Below are positions 1 through 9,439 of a stretch of 48,003 bases of DNA, in pieces. The stretch covers positions 1 to 48,003 of the forward strand of contig JAIFNN010000069.1 in NCBI GenBank assembly GCA_020047715.1. The letters run 5' to 3'. Source of the DNA: Bacteroidota bacterium. Its GTDB lineage: Bacteria > Bacteroidota > Bacteroidia > Bacteroidales > GCA-2748055. Under the pieces are notes generated by a model. The model was not told the origin of the DNA and searched no databases. It saw nothing but the letters and a program-made list of their open reading frames with translations. How positions within the stretch are numbered: the first letter of the stretch is position 1; each line of letters begins with the position of its first letter. Position numbers and translations under genes: made by a program.

Positions 1-2
1 GG

Positions 3-296
3 CTGAAATACCTTCAGGAGCGGGAGGCGCATGTTGAAATTGTTGATTATATTAAACAGGGTATTTCTATAGCTGAAATCCGGGAAATTATTTTAAAATT
101 GCATGTCAGCCCTTTTGAGTTGGTTCGGAAAAATGAGGCTGTTTATAAAAAAGAGCTCAAAAACCTGAGTCTGACTGACGAGGAGTGGATCAAGATAGTT
201 TCGGAAAATCCGGTCTTGCTTCGTCGCCCGATAGTTCTTGCAAAGCATAAGGGAATTATTGGTGATGAGGCCGAGAATATTGAAAAGATACTTTAA
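3..296 (+). CDS. ArsC/Spx-family (arsenate reductase-like) protein, 5'-truncated by window edge
   Basis: Open frame from base 3 (LKYLQERE...VDYIK...ELVRKNE...ENPVLLRRPIV) to TAA 296; 'NPxLxxRPIV' is the ArsC-family C-terminal motif. Confidence 0.8.
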   Translation: MKYLQEREAHVEIVDYIKQGISIAEIREIILKLHVSPFELVRKNEAVYKKELKNLSLTDEEWIKIVSENPVLLRRPIVLAKHKGIIGDEAENIEKIL

Positions 297-312
297 CTCT
301 AAACCCCAAATT

Positions 313-786
313 ATGAAGAAGCTAAATCTATTAAGACTTTTGTTATCGGTTTTTGCAATGGCAGCTGTTTTAAGTTCTTGTAAAAAGGATGAAAGCTTCA
401 GCCAGGTTACTGTGTTTGAAAGGGGTATCCACGAGGCCATTAACGATCATAGGGTTTCTGTTTCCAAGCCGGAAATGGTTCTGCAATTTCTTATGATCGA
501 CGATGCACAGTCGGCCAGTGCGAAACTGGCTAACGGCACTGTAACCGGAATCGAGCCGATTGTTGCAAGCCTGAGGGCACTTCAAACCGACCTCGGCGGC
601 ACAGCCAGCAGCGTTTGGACCGTGCAGTGCCAATATGAAAATGTTGATTCGGTAATGAGTATCGTTCTCGGTAACGCGGAAATAAAAGCCACCATCGAAG
701 GCAATTTTAACCAGTCGGCCGTTGGCGCAGTAAAAGACAAGGATGGGATTTTCCATATCACCCACTTTTTAATGCTAATCCCCTGA
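313..786 (+). CDS. Lipoprotein, probable degenerate CAP/SCP-like domain
   Basis: ATG 313 gives signal peptide with lipobox VLSS-C; 'INDHR' and '[11 protein letters not shown]...ITHFL' resemble CAP-domain motifs. Confidence 0.6.
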   Translation: MKKLNLLRLLLSVFAMAAVLSSCKKDESFSQVTVFERGIHEAINDHRVSVSKPEMVLQFLMIDDAQSASAKLANGTVTGIEPIVASLRALQTDLGGTASSVWTVQCQYENVDSVMSIVLGNAEIKATIEGNFNQSAVGAVKDKDGIFHITHFLMLIP

Positions 787-796
787 AATAAAAAAT

Positions 797-2182
797 ATGA
801 AGAACAGAATTGAAAAAGACACCATGGGCCCTATTGAGGTTCCGGGTGACAAGTATTGGGGCGCTCAGACACAGCGCTCGCGCGATAATTTCAAAATTGG
901 CGGGCAGCTTATGCCCATTGAGATAATTTACGCTTTTGCATATCTGAAAAAAGCAGCAGCATTGGCAAATCAGGATCTTGGCGTGCTGAGCGGCGAAAAG
1001 GCAGAACTTATTGCTGCAGTTTGCGATGAAATCCTTGCAGGAAAGCTCGACTCGGAGTTCCCGTTGGTAATCTGGCAAACCGGCAGCGGCACCCAGTCGA
1101 ACATGAACCTGAATGAAGTGATCGCCAACCGCGCCCATGTTCTGAAAGGAAATGTGCTCGGCGAAGGGGCGACTTTTATCCATCCCAACGATGACGTTAA
1201 CAAATCCCAGAGTTCAAACGACACCTTCCCAACGGCTATGCATATCGCTGCCTACAAGGTGATTGTTGAAACCACTATTCCGGGAGTGGAACGGCTTAAG
1301 AACACCTTGAAAACGAAGTCGGACGAATTCATGGACATTGTAAAAATAGGCCGTACCCACTGGATGGATGCAACACCTCTTACCCTGGGTCAGGAATTCT
1401 CGGGCTACGTTTCCCAGCTGGAACATGGTGTTAAAGCGCTGAAGAATACCCTTTCGCATCTTTCGGAAATTGCCCTCGGGGGAACTGCAGTTGGCACAGG
1501 GATAAACACTCCAAAAGGTTATTCCGAAAAGGTGGCTGAAAAAATCGCGGGATTAACAGGGCTACCGTTTGTAACCGCTGTCAATAAATACGAGTCGCTC
1601 GCGGCGCACGACGCAATCGTTGAAGCGCATGGGGCTTTGAAGACCCTTGCCGTAAGCCTTACGAAAATTGCCAACGACATTCGTCTTCTTGCCTCAGGCC
1701 CACGCTGCGGTATCGGCGAAATAATGATTCCCGAAAACGAACCTGGCTCTTCGATTATGCCGGGCAAAGTGAATCCTACTCAGGTTGAGGCACTTACCAT
1801 GGTTTGCGCACAGGTACTCGGGAACGATGTTGCCATCAATATTGGCGGGATGAACGGAACTTTCGAGCTGAATGTTTATAAGCCCATGATGATCAGTAAC
1901 TTTCTTCACTCTGCGCGTTTGATCGGCGACGCCTGCGTTTCGTTTGATGAGCATTGCGCAACCGGGATTAAACCGAACCTTACAAGCATCAAGAAGAATC
2001 TCGACAACTCATTAATGCTTGTTACGGCCCTGAACACCCATATCGGTTACGACAAAGCCGCACAGATTGCCAAAAAGGCACATAAAGAACATTTAACCTT
2101 GAAGCAGGCTGCTGAGGCATTGGGATTTGTAAGTTCTGAGGATTTTGATACGTGGGTGGATCCGTCGAAAATGATTGGATGA
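797..2182 (+). CDS. fumC: Class II fumarate hydratase
   Basis: [32 protein letters not shown] and [11 protein letters not shown] signature motifs. Confidence 0.98.
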   Translation: MKNRIEKDTMGPIEVPGDKYWGAQTQRSRDNFKIGGQLMPIEIIYAFAYLKKAAALANQDLGVLSGEKAELIAAVCDEILAGKLDSEFPLVIWQTGSGTQSNMNLNEVIANRAHVLKGNVLGEGATFIHPNDDVNKSQSSNDTFPTAMHIAAYKVIVETTIPGVERLKNTLKTKSDEFMDIVKIGRTHWMDATPLTLGQEFSGYVSQLEHGVKALKNTLSHLSEIALGGTAVGTGINTPKGYSEKVAEKIAGLTGLPFVTAVNKYESLAAHDAIVEAHGALKTLAVSLTKIANDIRLLASGPRCGIGEIMIPENEPGSSIMPGKVNPTQVEALTMVCAQVLGNDVAINIGGMNGTFELNVYKPMMISNFLHSARLIGDACVSFDEHCATGIKPNLTSIKKNLDNSLMLVTALNTHIGYDKAAQIAKKAHKEHLTLKQAAEALGFVSSEDFDTWVDPSKMIG

Positions 2183-2190
2183 TAGTTTTT

Positions 2191-3345
2191 CTAGTAATTA
2201 CGCTTGATATATTCTTCAAATTTTGGAACTGTGAAGGTGATCAGGCCACGGGAAGGACTGTAAGCCATACCTTTTTTGATAAGCTCATCCCTTAGTGGAG
2301 CAGCTTGCCGGACATTAATTTTAAGTATTTCCGCTACTTCAGTCGAGTTTGCAGGAAGATGACCTACCATTGCCAATGCTCGGGCGTATTCTTGTTGCCT
2401 TTCTGTTAACCGTTCATATCGTATTCGAAAAAATCCGGAATCCAAAGCTGAAACTGCTCTTAAGGAGGCTTTATTGACATCGTTAAGGCTAATGGGTGAT
2501 GCTTTTGCTGTTTCCCATACGTGGTATCCCCATACTTGCAGAAAGTAGGGATATCCTTCTGTTTCATCAATAATTTGTTTTAGAGCATCAGGTTCGAAAC
2601 TGACATTCTCATTTAAGGCTGGCTTTTCCAAAGCTTCCTGAGCACTTTTATAATCCAGCCTGTCAATTGGAATGTAGTCAAACAGCCTTTCTGCATACGA
2701 TTTTGCTTCACCAGCTAATTTGGCTAATTGTGGCAAACCTGCTCCAAAAAAGAGAAAAGGCAACTGCTTTTGGGAAATTTTATGCATGGCCAGAATTAGC
2801 GCTGCAAAATCATTTCCATCAAGGTACTGAACTTCATCAATCATGATGATTACAACTGTGTTTCTATTTTTTGCAGCTTCACCAATCGAAACAAACATGT
2901 CGGCCAGATCTATATTTAAGTCACCTGTTAAATTCCCTGATGTAAGGCTAAACTCGAATTCCCCAATTTTTACTTTGAAAATTCCGGCGAATTCTCTCAG
3001 GAGTCCAAACGTTCTTTGAATGTCCTTGCCGATTTTTTTTCTTCGATCAAGTTTAAGAAGCAAACGGTGCAATTGTTGAGTCATCATTTCTGGCAATGCT
3101 TGTCCAGGTGTTGCTTCAAAAAAGGCAATATGATTTCCTGAATCCTCTGCCAATTGATTAATTCTGTTCAACAGTACTGTTTTACCAACTCCCCTCAAAC
3201 CAAGCATAATTTGACTTTTAGCTGCCTTATTGTTTAATGATCTTTGGATAGCATTAACAGCCTGGAGAAGTATTGCTTCACGTCCGGCCAGTTCAGGAGG
3301 TGGAGTGCCAGCTCCAGGTGTATAAGGATTGTCAATTGGATTCAT
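2191..3345 (-). CDS. AAA-type ATP-binding protein with probable C-terminal winged helix
   Basis: NPYTPGAG..PP.LAGR start, Walker A GLRGVGKT, Walker B IMIDEVQ, GYPYFLQ motif. Confidence 0.85.
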   Translation of the reverse strand: MNPIDNPYTPGAGTPPPELAGREAILLQAVNAIQRSLNNKAAKSQIMLGLRGVGKTVLLNRINQLAEDSGNHIAFFEATPGQALPEMMTQQLHRLLLKLDRRKKIGKDIQRTFGLLREFAGIFKVKIGEFEFSLTSGNLTGDLNIDLADMFVSIGEAAKNRNTVVIIMIDEVQYLDGNDFAALILAMHKISQKQLPFLFFGAGLPQLAKLAGEAKSYAERLFDYIPIDRLDYKSAQEALEKPALNENVSFEPDALKQIIDETEGYPYFLQVWGYHVWETAKASPISLNDVNKASLRAVSALDSGFFRIRYERLTERQQEYARALAMVGHLPANSTEVAEILKINVRQAAPLRDELIKKGMAYSPSRGLITFTVPKFEEYIKRNY

Positions 3346-3363
3346 TTCTTGCTATTTGTACAT

Positions 3364-3371
3364 CAAAGTTA
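3364..3371 (-). promoter_or_regulatory. Bacteroidota sigmaA -7 element for the AAA ATPase gene
   Basis: caaagtta = TAACTTTG on the minus strand, 18 nt upstream of the start. Confidence 0.5.
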
Positions 3372-3515
3372 GTATTGTTTGGGATAAAATCACTAACAAA
3401 TTTGCAATTTTTACCCATTTTGCATTTTATGTTGAAAGTTATGATGTATTTTAGGAGGGTCTAAATATAAACAAAAATCTTTGGTGAATGTTAGGTTGAT
3501 TCAACCTAACATTAC

Positions 3516-3523
3516 TAACTTTG
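3516..3523 (+). promoter_or_regulatory. Bacteroidota sigmaA -7 element for the small wHTH gene
   Basis: TAACTTTG matches TAnnTTTG, 60 nt upstream of ATG 3584. Confidence 0.5.
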
Positions 3524-3583
3524 ATATACGGAATCCTTATTCGTATTTCAAAATCCATATATAATTTATAGAAAACCAACATA

Positions 3584-3760
3584 ATGGAAAAAACAGATCT
3601 CGTACTCGCAACCATGAAAGAAGCCGGAAAAGCCCTGAGCGCCGGACAGATCTCCGAATTGTCCGGTCTTGACCGCAAAGAAGTAGATAAAGTAATGAAA
3701 ACCTTGAAAACAGGAGGGAAAATTGTGTCGCCGAAGAATTGCTATTGGCAGCCGGTATGA
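3584..3760 (+). CDS. Small (58 aa) winged helix-turn-helix protein, not in the ORF track
   Basis: Hand translation [58 protein letters not shown]; A-rich leader, upstream promoter, HTH pattern. Confidence 0.85.
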   Translation: MEKTDLVLATMKEAGKALSAGQISELSGLDRKEVDKVMKTLKTGGKIVSPKNCYWQPV

Positions 3761-3847
3761 TAAAGCAATTGAATCAGCTTTTTTTATTGTTCGATAGCAG
3801 AACTTCAACATCCTCAAAATACTATCTCATTTTCAAAAATTCTGTTT

Positions 3848-5431
3848 ATGAATTCTAAAACCAACCAAAACCCAGTTTACCTCTACCTCCTGGTAATTGT
3901 TAGGATAGCAATCGGCTGGCACTTTCTGTATGAAGGTCTGGCCAAGATTATAGGCAACAACTGGAGTTCGGCAGCCTATCTTGCCGGCTCGAAATGGATT
4001 TTCGCTCCGGTTTTTCACTGGATGGCTGATAATGCAGGAATCATTGCCTTTGTTGACTTCCTGAATATCTGGGGGATGACATTGGTAGGCCTCGGCCTTA
4101 TTCTGGGATTGTTTACACGTTGGGCAAGTGCAGGAGGGGCATTAATGCTGTTCTTGTATTTTATTGCTTATCCTCCGATTCCGGGTTATATGTATGGATT
4201 GCCAACCGATGGGAGCTATCTCTGGATAAACAAGACACTTATCGAATTCCTTGTTCTGACCGTTTTTGCATTTCTGTCACCAAGCTTTATGTTTGGGCTC
4301 GACCGGCTTTATGCACACTGGAAAGAAGAGAAAGCCCGCCAGCCTGTTCCCGATCATCCCTCGGATGGAAAAACGGGAATTGAACGCCGCGAAGCTATCA
4401 GAAACCTGATCTCGGTTCCTGCTCTGGGGGCTTTTGCTTATGCGCTCTACAAAAAGGAGAAATGGGACAGTTTTGAAGAAAAATTATTAAAGGTGGAGGG
4501 AATTGATGCTAACTCCGGAGCTACATTGCTGAAATTCAATTATGCTTCCTTAAAAGACCTGAAGGGACAAGTCCCAAAAGCTTATATCAATTACACCGAC
4601 GAATACGGCAAGCCAGCCCGATTCGAATTGAGTCGTTTATTAATGGGGGGCAATCTTATAGGTGGTTGGGCACATGCACGTGACCTAATTTATGTTTCAA
4701 AGCTTGTCAAGACCTATCATACCGATGAAAAGGTTATGCAAACGCTTAACCTGGGAGAGGAATGTGGTATTAATGCAATTATTTCAAATCCACAGCACGG
4801 ACGGATATTCCAAAAATACAAGCATGAGTTCAGGAGTAAAATGAAATTTATATCCGATTGCGGTATTGATCTTGATTTTCAGAAGGGAATTGCCTTGTCG
4901 CTTGCCGGGAATTTTGACGCCCTTTATTGCCAGGGAGAGATTACCGACCGTTGGGCAAACCCTGAATGGGAAGATCCTCTGAAAAGAACGGTTGCAGAAC
5001 GAATGGAACTTATACGAAAGGGTCTTGAGGAAATCAGGAAAAACGGGAAGCCTGCCGGAATTGGTGCGCACAGAATAGAGGCCATAAAAGTATGTGTGGA
5101 GCATGGCTTGAAGCCCGATTTTTGGGTTAAGACCAGTCATAGTCATAATTATTGGTCGGCCCAGAACAACTCCCCCTGGAAGGATAATCTTTTTGATTTT
5201 GACCCCGAGGAAACCGTGCGTTACATGGGAACTCTACCTGAGCCCTGGATTGCCTTTAAGGTGCTGGCTGCGGGAGCAATAACCCCGGAAGAAGGACTGA
5301 AGTACGCATTTGAAAAAGGCGCCGATTTTGTGTGCATGGGGATGTACGATTTTCAGATTGTCGAAGATGTGAATATCGCGCTGAATGTGCTTGAAAATGT
5401 TGCAGGAAGGCAAAGGCCCTGGATGGCGTGA
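3848..5431 (+). CDS. DoxX/DoxD-family membrane domain fused to an aldo-keto-reductase-like TIM-barrel domain
   Basis: N-terminal RIAIGWHFLYEGLAK and GLGLILGLFTR (DoxX); C-terminal SRLLMGGN...GIGAH...PWIAFKVLAAG. Confidence 0.75.
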   Translation: MNSKTNQNPVYLYLLVIVRIAIGWHFLYEGLAKIIGNNWSSAAYLAGSKWIFAPVFHWMADNAGIIAFVDFLNIWGMTLVGLGLILGLFTRWASAGGALMLFLYFIAYPPIPGYMYGLPTDGSYLWINKTLIEFLVLTVFAFLSPSFMFGLDRLYAHWKEEKARQPVPDHPSDGKTGIERREAIRNLISVPALGAFAYALYKKEKWDSFEEKLLKVEGIDANSGATLLKFNYASLKDLKGQVPKAYINYTDEYGKPARFELSRLLMGGNLIGGWAHARDLIYVSKLVKTYHTDEKVMQTLNLGEECGINAIISNPQHGRIFQKYKHEFRSKMKFISDCGIDLDFQKGIALSLAGNFDALYCQGEITDRWANPEWEDPLKRTVAERMELIRKGLEEIRKNGKPAGIGAHRIEAIKVCVEHGLKPDFWVKTSHSHNYWSAQNNSPWKDNLFDFDPEETVRYMGTLPEPWIAFKVLAAGAITPEEGLKYAFEKGADFVCMGMYDFQIVEDVNIALNVLENVAGRQRPWMA

Positions 5432-5441
5432 GGATTATTAA

Positions 5442-5537
5442 GGGGTAACGGGGTAACGAGGTAACGAAGTTACGTTACTCCGTTACCCCGTTACTCCGTT
5501 ACCTCGTTACCCCGTTACTCCGTTACCTCGTTACCCT
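5442..5537. repeat. Octamer tandem repeat in inverted arrangement
   Basis: 3 units G(G/A)GGTAAC plus 1 degenerate unit (5442-5473), then 8 reverse-complement units GTTAC(C/T)(C/T)C (5474-5537). Confidence 0.95.
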
Positions 5538-5609
5538 CTCACCCCTCAGGGCGGCGACCATCACCCCGTCAAAAATAATTAGACAATCAAATCGATTTTT
5601 ACAAAATCC

Positions 5610-5640
5610 TTTGTGTTTGAAAGATAAAAAACTACCTTTG
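5610..5640 (+). promoter_or_regulatory. sigmaA promoter of rpsP-rimM
   Basis: TTTG (5610-5613), 19 nt, TACCTTTG (5633-5640): canonical Bacteroidota -33/-7. Confidence 0.8.
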
Positions 5641-5681
5641 CACCCTATTTTTAGTGTAGTTAAAATTAAATAATTAAGAGA

Positions 5682-6338
5682 ATGCCTGTAAAAATCAGAT
5701 TAACAAGACAAGGTCGCAAAAAGAGACCTTACTATCACATTGTTGTATCGGATAGCAGGGCGCCACGAGATGGCAGGTTTATCGAAAAGCTGGGAAATTA
5801 CGATCCCAATACTAATCCTGCTACAATTGAACTCGATTTTGGGAAATCCCTCGATTGGGTTTTAAAAGGCGCTCAACCTACTGATACTTGTAGAGCAATT
5901 CTATCCTATAAGGGTGTGATGTACAAGAAACACCTTGTTGAAGGTGTAAGAAAAAATGCTTTTTCGGAAGAGGAAGCTGAGAAAAAGTTTAGCCTTTGGT
6001 TAACCGGAAAAGAAGCCAAGATTCAAGCTAAGATTTCTTCATTGGATCAGAAGAAATCCGACTCGAAGACAAAGGCTATGGAACACGAAGCCAAAGTTAA
6101 CGAAGCGAGAGCCAAGGCAATTGCCAAAAAGAATGCCAAATTAGCAGAAAGTGCTGCTGGTAAGGTAGCGGAAGAAGTGGCGGAAGAAGAAAATGCTGTT
6201 GAAACCGTAGAAGCTCCTGCTTTGGAGACCCCTGTAGCTGAAGTAGCCGCGGCGCCTGTTGAGGCTCCTGTTGCTGAAGCTGCAGCTGAAGAAGCTGAGA
6301 AACCGGCTAATTCAGAAGAAAAAGAATCAGAAGCATAG
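5682..6338 (+). CDS. rpsP: 30S ribosomal protein S16 with long Ala/Glu-rich C-terminal extension
   Basis: [42 protein letters not shown]. Confidence 0.98.
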   Translation: MPVKIRLTRQGRKKRPYYHIVVSDSRAPRDGRFIEKLGNYDPNTNPATIELDFGKSLDWVLKGAQPTDTCRAILSYKGVMYKKHLVEGVRKNAFSEEEAEKKFSLWLTGKEAKIQAKISSLDQKKSDSKTKAMEHEAKVNEARAKAIAKKNAKLAESAAGKVAEEVAEEENAVETVEAPALETPVAEVAAAPVEAPVAEAAAEEAEKPANSEEKESEA

Positions 6339-6346
6339 GATCTTAA

Positions 6347-6865
6347 ATGATCAGGGAGAACTGTTCGTTAATCGGGTATTTTACAAAGTCTCACGGAATT
6401 GGGGGACGGTTGATGCTCCGCTTGAACAGCGATTTTGCTGATGATATTGAACCGGGGGAACCGCTGTTCGTCGAAGTGGACGAACATCTGGTTCCCTTTT
6501 TTATTGAAGAAGCCGAGGTATTTCCCGACCGGGCTATAATCAAACTCGAATTTATCGCAAACCCGGAGGAAGCTCTGAAACTGGTTGGAAAGAATGTTTA
6601 CCTGGAAAACTCACTGATCCGGGAAAAAGATGAACTGTTGGACGAAAATGCCGGAATCTTTGTGGGATACTTTTTTGAAGATAAAACTTCAGGAATCAAA
6701 GGAATCATTAAAGAGTATATCGACAATCCCCTGAATCCGCTTTTTTTGGTTTCTGACAAAACTTCAGAGTTCCTTATCCCGGTTCACCCCGACTTTATTG
6801 TGGAGGTGGATCACAAGAAAAAACTTATGGTATTTGATCTGCCTGAGGGGTTGATGGGACTTTAA
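6347..6865 (+). CDS. rimM: 16S rRNA processing protein RimM
   Basis: IGYFTKSHGIGG, VPFFIE, LIPVHPDFI...DLPEGL; directly follows rpsP. Confidence 0.93.
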   Translation: MIRENCSLIGYFTKSHGIGGRLMLRLNSDFADDIEPGEPLFVEVDEHLVPFFIEEAEVFPDRAIIKLEFIANPEEALKLVGKNVYLENSLIREKDELLDENAGIFVGYFFEDKTSGIKGIIKEYIDNPLNPLFLVSDKTSEFLIPVHPDFIVEVDHKKKLMVFDLPEGLMGL

Positions 6866-7137
6866 TCAAATCGCAGATAAAGCGTTATTTTTGCGATTAG
6901 AATCAAGAAATCTCCGAAATATAGTCCGAAGTCGACAATGAGCTGTTAACCTAATCGTGACCTCTTGTCTTATTAGGAATCGTTTTGTTAATTAGATGCT
7001 TACAAATTTACTAAATCTAATCTGAAGATAACATTCTTGTTCACAAGCCTATCCATATTATAGTATGTTAAAATTTCTGCATATTATTTTATAAGCTGTT
7101 TAACAATCGTTTCACCAGGAATGTTGTAAATTTGTAA

Positions 7138-7377
7138 ATGAGCCCAACTGTTTTTAAATATAAAGAGTATCGGTTCTTCTTTTTTTCAAGAGAAGAAAAA
7201 CGAATGCATATTCATGTGTCTTCACAAAATGGAGAAGCTAAGTACTGGCTGGATCCAGATGTTGAATTAGCTCAAAACATTGGGTTTTCTGCAAAACAAC
7301 TGAATGAGGTTAAACGTTTTATAAAGAATCGAAAAAATGAAATCATCCACTCCTGGGTTAATCACTTCAATAGTTGA
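7138..7377 (+). CDS. DUF4160-family protein (putative toxin of a TA pair)
   Basis: MSPTVF..YRFFFFSREE.RMHIHV..GEAKYWL.P...W..HF pattern. Confidence 0.85.
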   Translation: MSPTVFKYKEYRFFFFSREEKRMHIHVSSQNGEAKYWLDPDVELAQNIGFSAKQLNEVKRFIKNRKNEIIHSWVNHFNS

Positions 7378-7597
7378 AGTCACCAATATTTCAGCACACG
7401 GTTTTTGGATATTACTGAATGAAAAAGAGTATTTTCTTTCTTATTCCAATTTCCCATGGTTTAAAGAAACAACAATAGACAAAATTTGTGATGTTCAATT
7501 GGTAAATGAAAGGCATTTATATTGGAAACAATTAGATGTCGATTTAGAACTCTCTTCCATCTCAAATCCCGAAGATTACCCGCTGATATTCAAATAA
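7337..7597 (+). CDS. DUF2442-family protein (putative antitoxin)
   Basis: EVTNISAHGFW...FPWF...HLYWKQLDVDL...NPE.YPL; overlaps the DUF4160 gene. Confidence 0.85.
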   Translation: MKSSTPGLITSIVEVTNISAHGFWILLNEKEYFLSYSNFPWFKETTIDKICDVQLVNERHLYWKQLDVDLELSSISNPEDYPLIFK

Positions 7598-7968
7598 ATG
7601 AATAGAATTTCAAATACTTTTATCTTATTGTTGAGATAAAGTATTTATATGATATCTTGAATAAGAGAAATTATTCATTAAACCCCAAGAACCTGATAAA
7701 ATGATGTTTTTCAGACAAGGCAGAACAAGCCGTGTCAGCGCGTTAAATCATTCCAGTTTAGATACCCTTCCTTTATCCGAAACTGGTACAATTCTTCTTT
7801 TGGAATAACCTGATTATTCAGGATATTTCTGGCTTTACTTAGTTGTTGAGTAATGGCTTATACTTATTGTTCGTCTTCCAATTATAACAATGAATAGACT
7901 ATGTCCACATATAGGCTCTCAAATTCATATAGAAGAGACTTTTGCATACAGATTCTATACTTTTATCC

Positions 7969-8013
7969 AAAACAAAAAAAGCAAAATCAACCGATTTTGC
8001 TTTTTTTTGTTTT
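7969..8013. terminator. Bidirectional intrinsic terminator
   Basis: aaaacaaaaaaagcaaaatc-aacc-gattttgcttttttttgtttt between convergent genes. Confidence 0.8.
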
Positions 8014-8028
8014 AAGGCTTCTTACATC

Positions 8029-8484
8029 TTAGTTTGGAGAAACCGGATATTTTAATTCAATATTTTTCTCGAAACTCACAAACCTGTTTTTCCATTCGTC
8101 AGGTACTTCAAAGGTGATTTTTTGTTGGGCGTCATATCCCACAAGAACTGCGCGGTTGGAAGATCTCACTTCCCTGGTTTTTACATCAATTAATTTCTGT
8201 TTCATGGCAATGCTCTTGTTACCAAGCATTTCAACGCGGGTTTCAACGAGGATTTCATCATCAATGCTGATGGGACTGAAAAAGTCCACTTTAATAGAAG
8301 CTAATACAAGAGTCTGATTGGCCCAGTTGATCGAATCCCCAAGTACACTCTTAAAATACTGGATTCTGGCAAAGTCGTAATAATGCTGGTAAACGGCATT
8401 GTTAACATGCCCCAGGATGTCTACATCATTAAATCGTATTTGTACAGGGGTGTTGTGCCTGTACAGGCTGTTCTCTGTTTCCAT
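8029..8484 (-). CDS. Acyl-CoA thioesterase (4HBT/YbgC hot-dog fold)
   Basis: IRFNDVDILGHVNNAVYQHYYDFAR motif. Confidence 0.92.
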   Translation of the reverse strand: METENSLYRHNTPVQIRFNDVDILGHVNNAVYQHYYDFARIQYFKSVLGDSINWANQTLVLASIKVDFFSPISIDDEILVETRVEMLGNKSIAMKQKLIDVKTREVRSSNRAVLVGYDAQQKITFEVPDEWKNRFVSFEKNIELKYPVSPN

Positions 8485-8606
8485 AACGTAGTTTTTAGAA
8501 GTTGAAGTACGATGAGCAAGTTGGAAAAATATTTTCGATTATGCAACATTCACTTAACATTAACGTCTTTTGATTACGATTTATTTCACAATTAAAACAT
8601 TTTACA

Positions 8607-9341
8607 ATGAAAAAGCATCTCTTTATAAGGATTATTGCCATTGCGGCAATTGTTATCGGATTTACTGCCTTTATGATTCCCTCAGGAAATATTGGAGGAT
8701 TAAACTCCCCCGTGGAGAAAAACAGTTATTCGGGAGAGAAATTCTCCAAGATTTCCATTTCTATTTCTGCTAAAGTTAATATTGAACAGGGAGATGTTTA
8801 CAGCGTACTTATTGATGCTGACGAAAACACTCTGGAGAAAATCCTGGTTGAGTACAGCTCAGATGAACTTCATATTTCGAGCAAGCCGGCATCCCGAATC
8901 AATAGCCCTGTAGAGATCAACATTACAACTCCAACCCTTAATGCAATATCACTGGCCGGATCGGGTGAAGTGTATATGAAAAAAACTTTCGAGACCAGCT
9001 CAATGGACTTGGAAATAGCCGGAAGCGGAAGTATGTCAATCAATGACCTGAAAGCAGACAAGGTGTCAGCAAGTATCGCAGGTTCGGGAGACCTGGTTCT
9101 TGCCGGGGGTAAGGCAGGCAGTTATGAGGACTTCAGTATTGCGGGTTCCGGCAAGGTTGACGCATTGAATTTTAAATCGTCCACAGCCGATGTGGAAATT
9201 GCCGGATCGGGTGACTGCAAACTTTTTGCCACCGAAAAGCTAAATGTTTCTATTGCGGGAAGCGGTACTGTATATTATAAGGGAAAACCTGTGCTGAAAT
9301 CCGAGTCTGTTGGCTCGGGAAAGGTGGTTTCAATTGATTGA
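8607..9341 (+). CDS. DUF2807 (head GIN domain) secreted protein
   Basis: Signal peptide plus repeated (I/L)AGSG beta-helix motifs ending in GSGTVYYKGKP. Confidence 0.88.
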   Translation: MKKHLFIRIIAIAAIVIGFTAFMIPSGNIGGLNSPVEKNSYSGEKFSKISISISAKVNIEQGDVYSVLIDADENTLEKILVEYSSDELHISSKPASRINSPVEINITTPTLNAISLAGSGEVYMKKTFETSSMDLEIAGSGSMSINDLKADKVSASIAGSGDLVLAGGKAGSYEDFSIAGSGKVDALNFKSSTADVEIAGSGDCKLFATEKLNVSIAGSGTVYYKGKPVLKSESVGSGKVVSID

Positions 9342-9439
9342 TGGAATGGCAGTAAATCGTTAGAGCATGAGGTATGCACTGCTCTTTACATGAGGGGGTG
9401 GCGGAATAGACCTTGCCCCCTTAGTGTTTGTATTTTCTT

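Noticed and set aside
5442-5537. Possible CRISPR array (also 28624-28735)
   Set aside because: Contiguous 8-bp units with no spacers, and no cas genes in the window
6000-6338. Long acidic S16 extension
   Set aside because: Common in Bacteroidota S16 proteins, so not novel
7737-7857. Minus-strand open stretch (AITQQLSKARNILNNQVIPKEELYQFRIKEGYLNWNDLTR)
   Set aside because: No start codon and no family recognised; may be a gene remnant but cannot be supported
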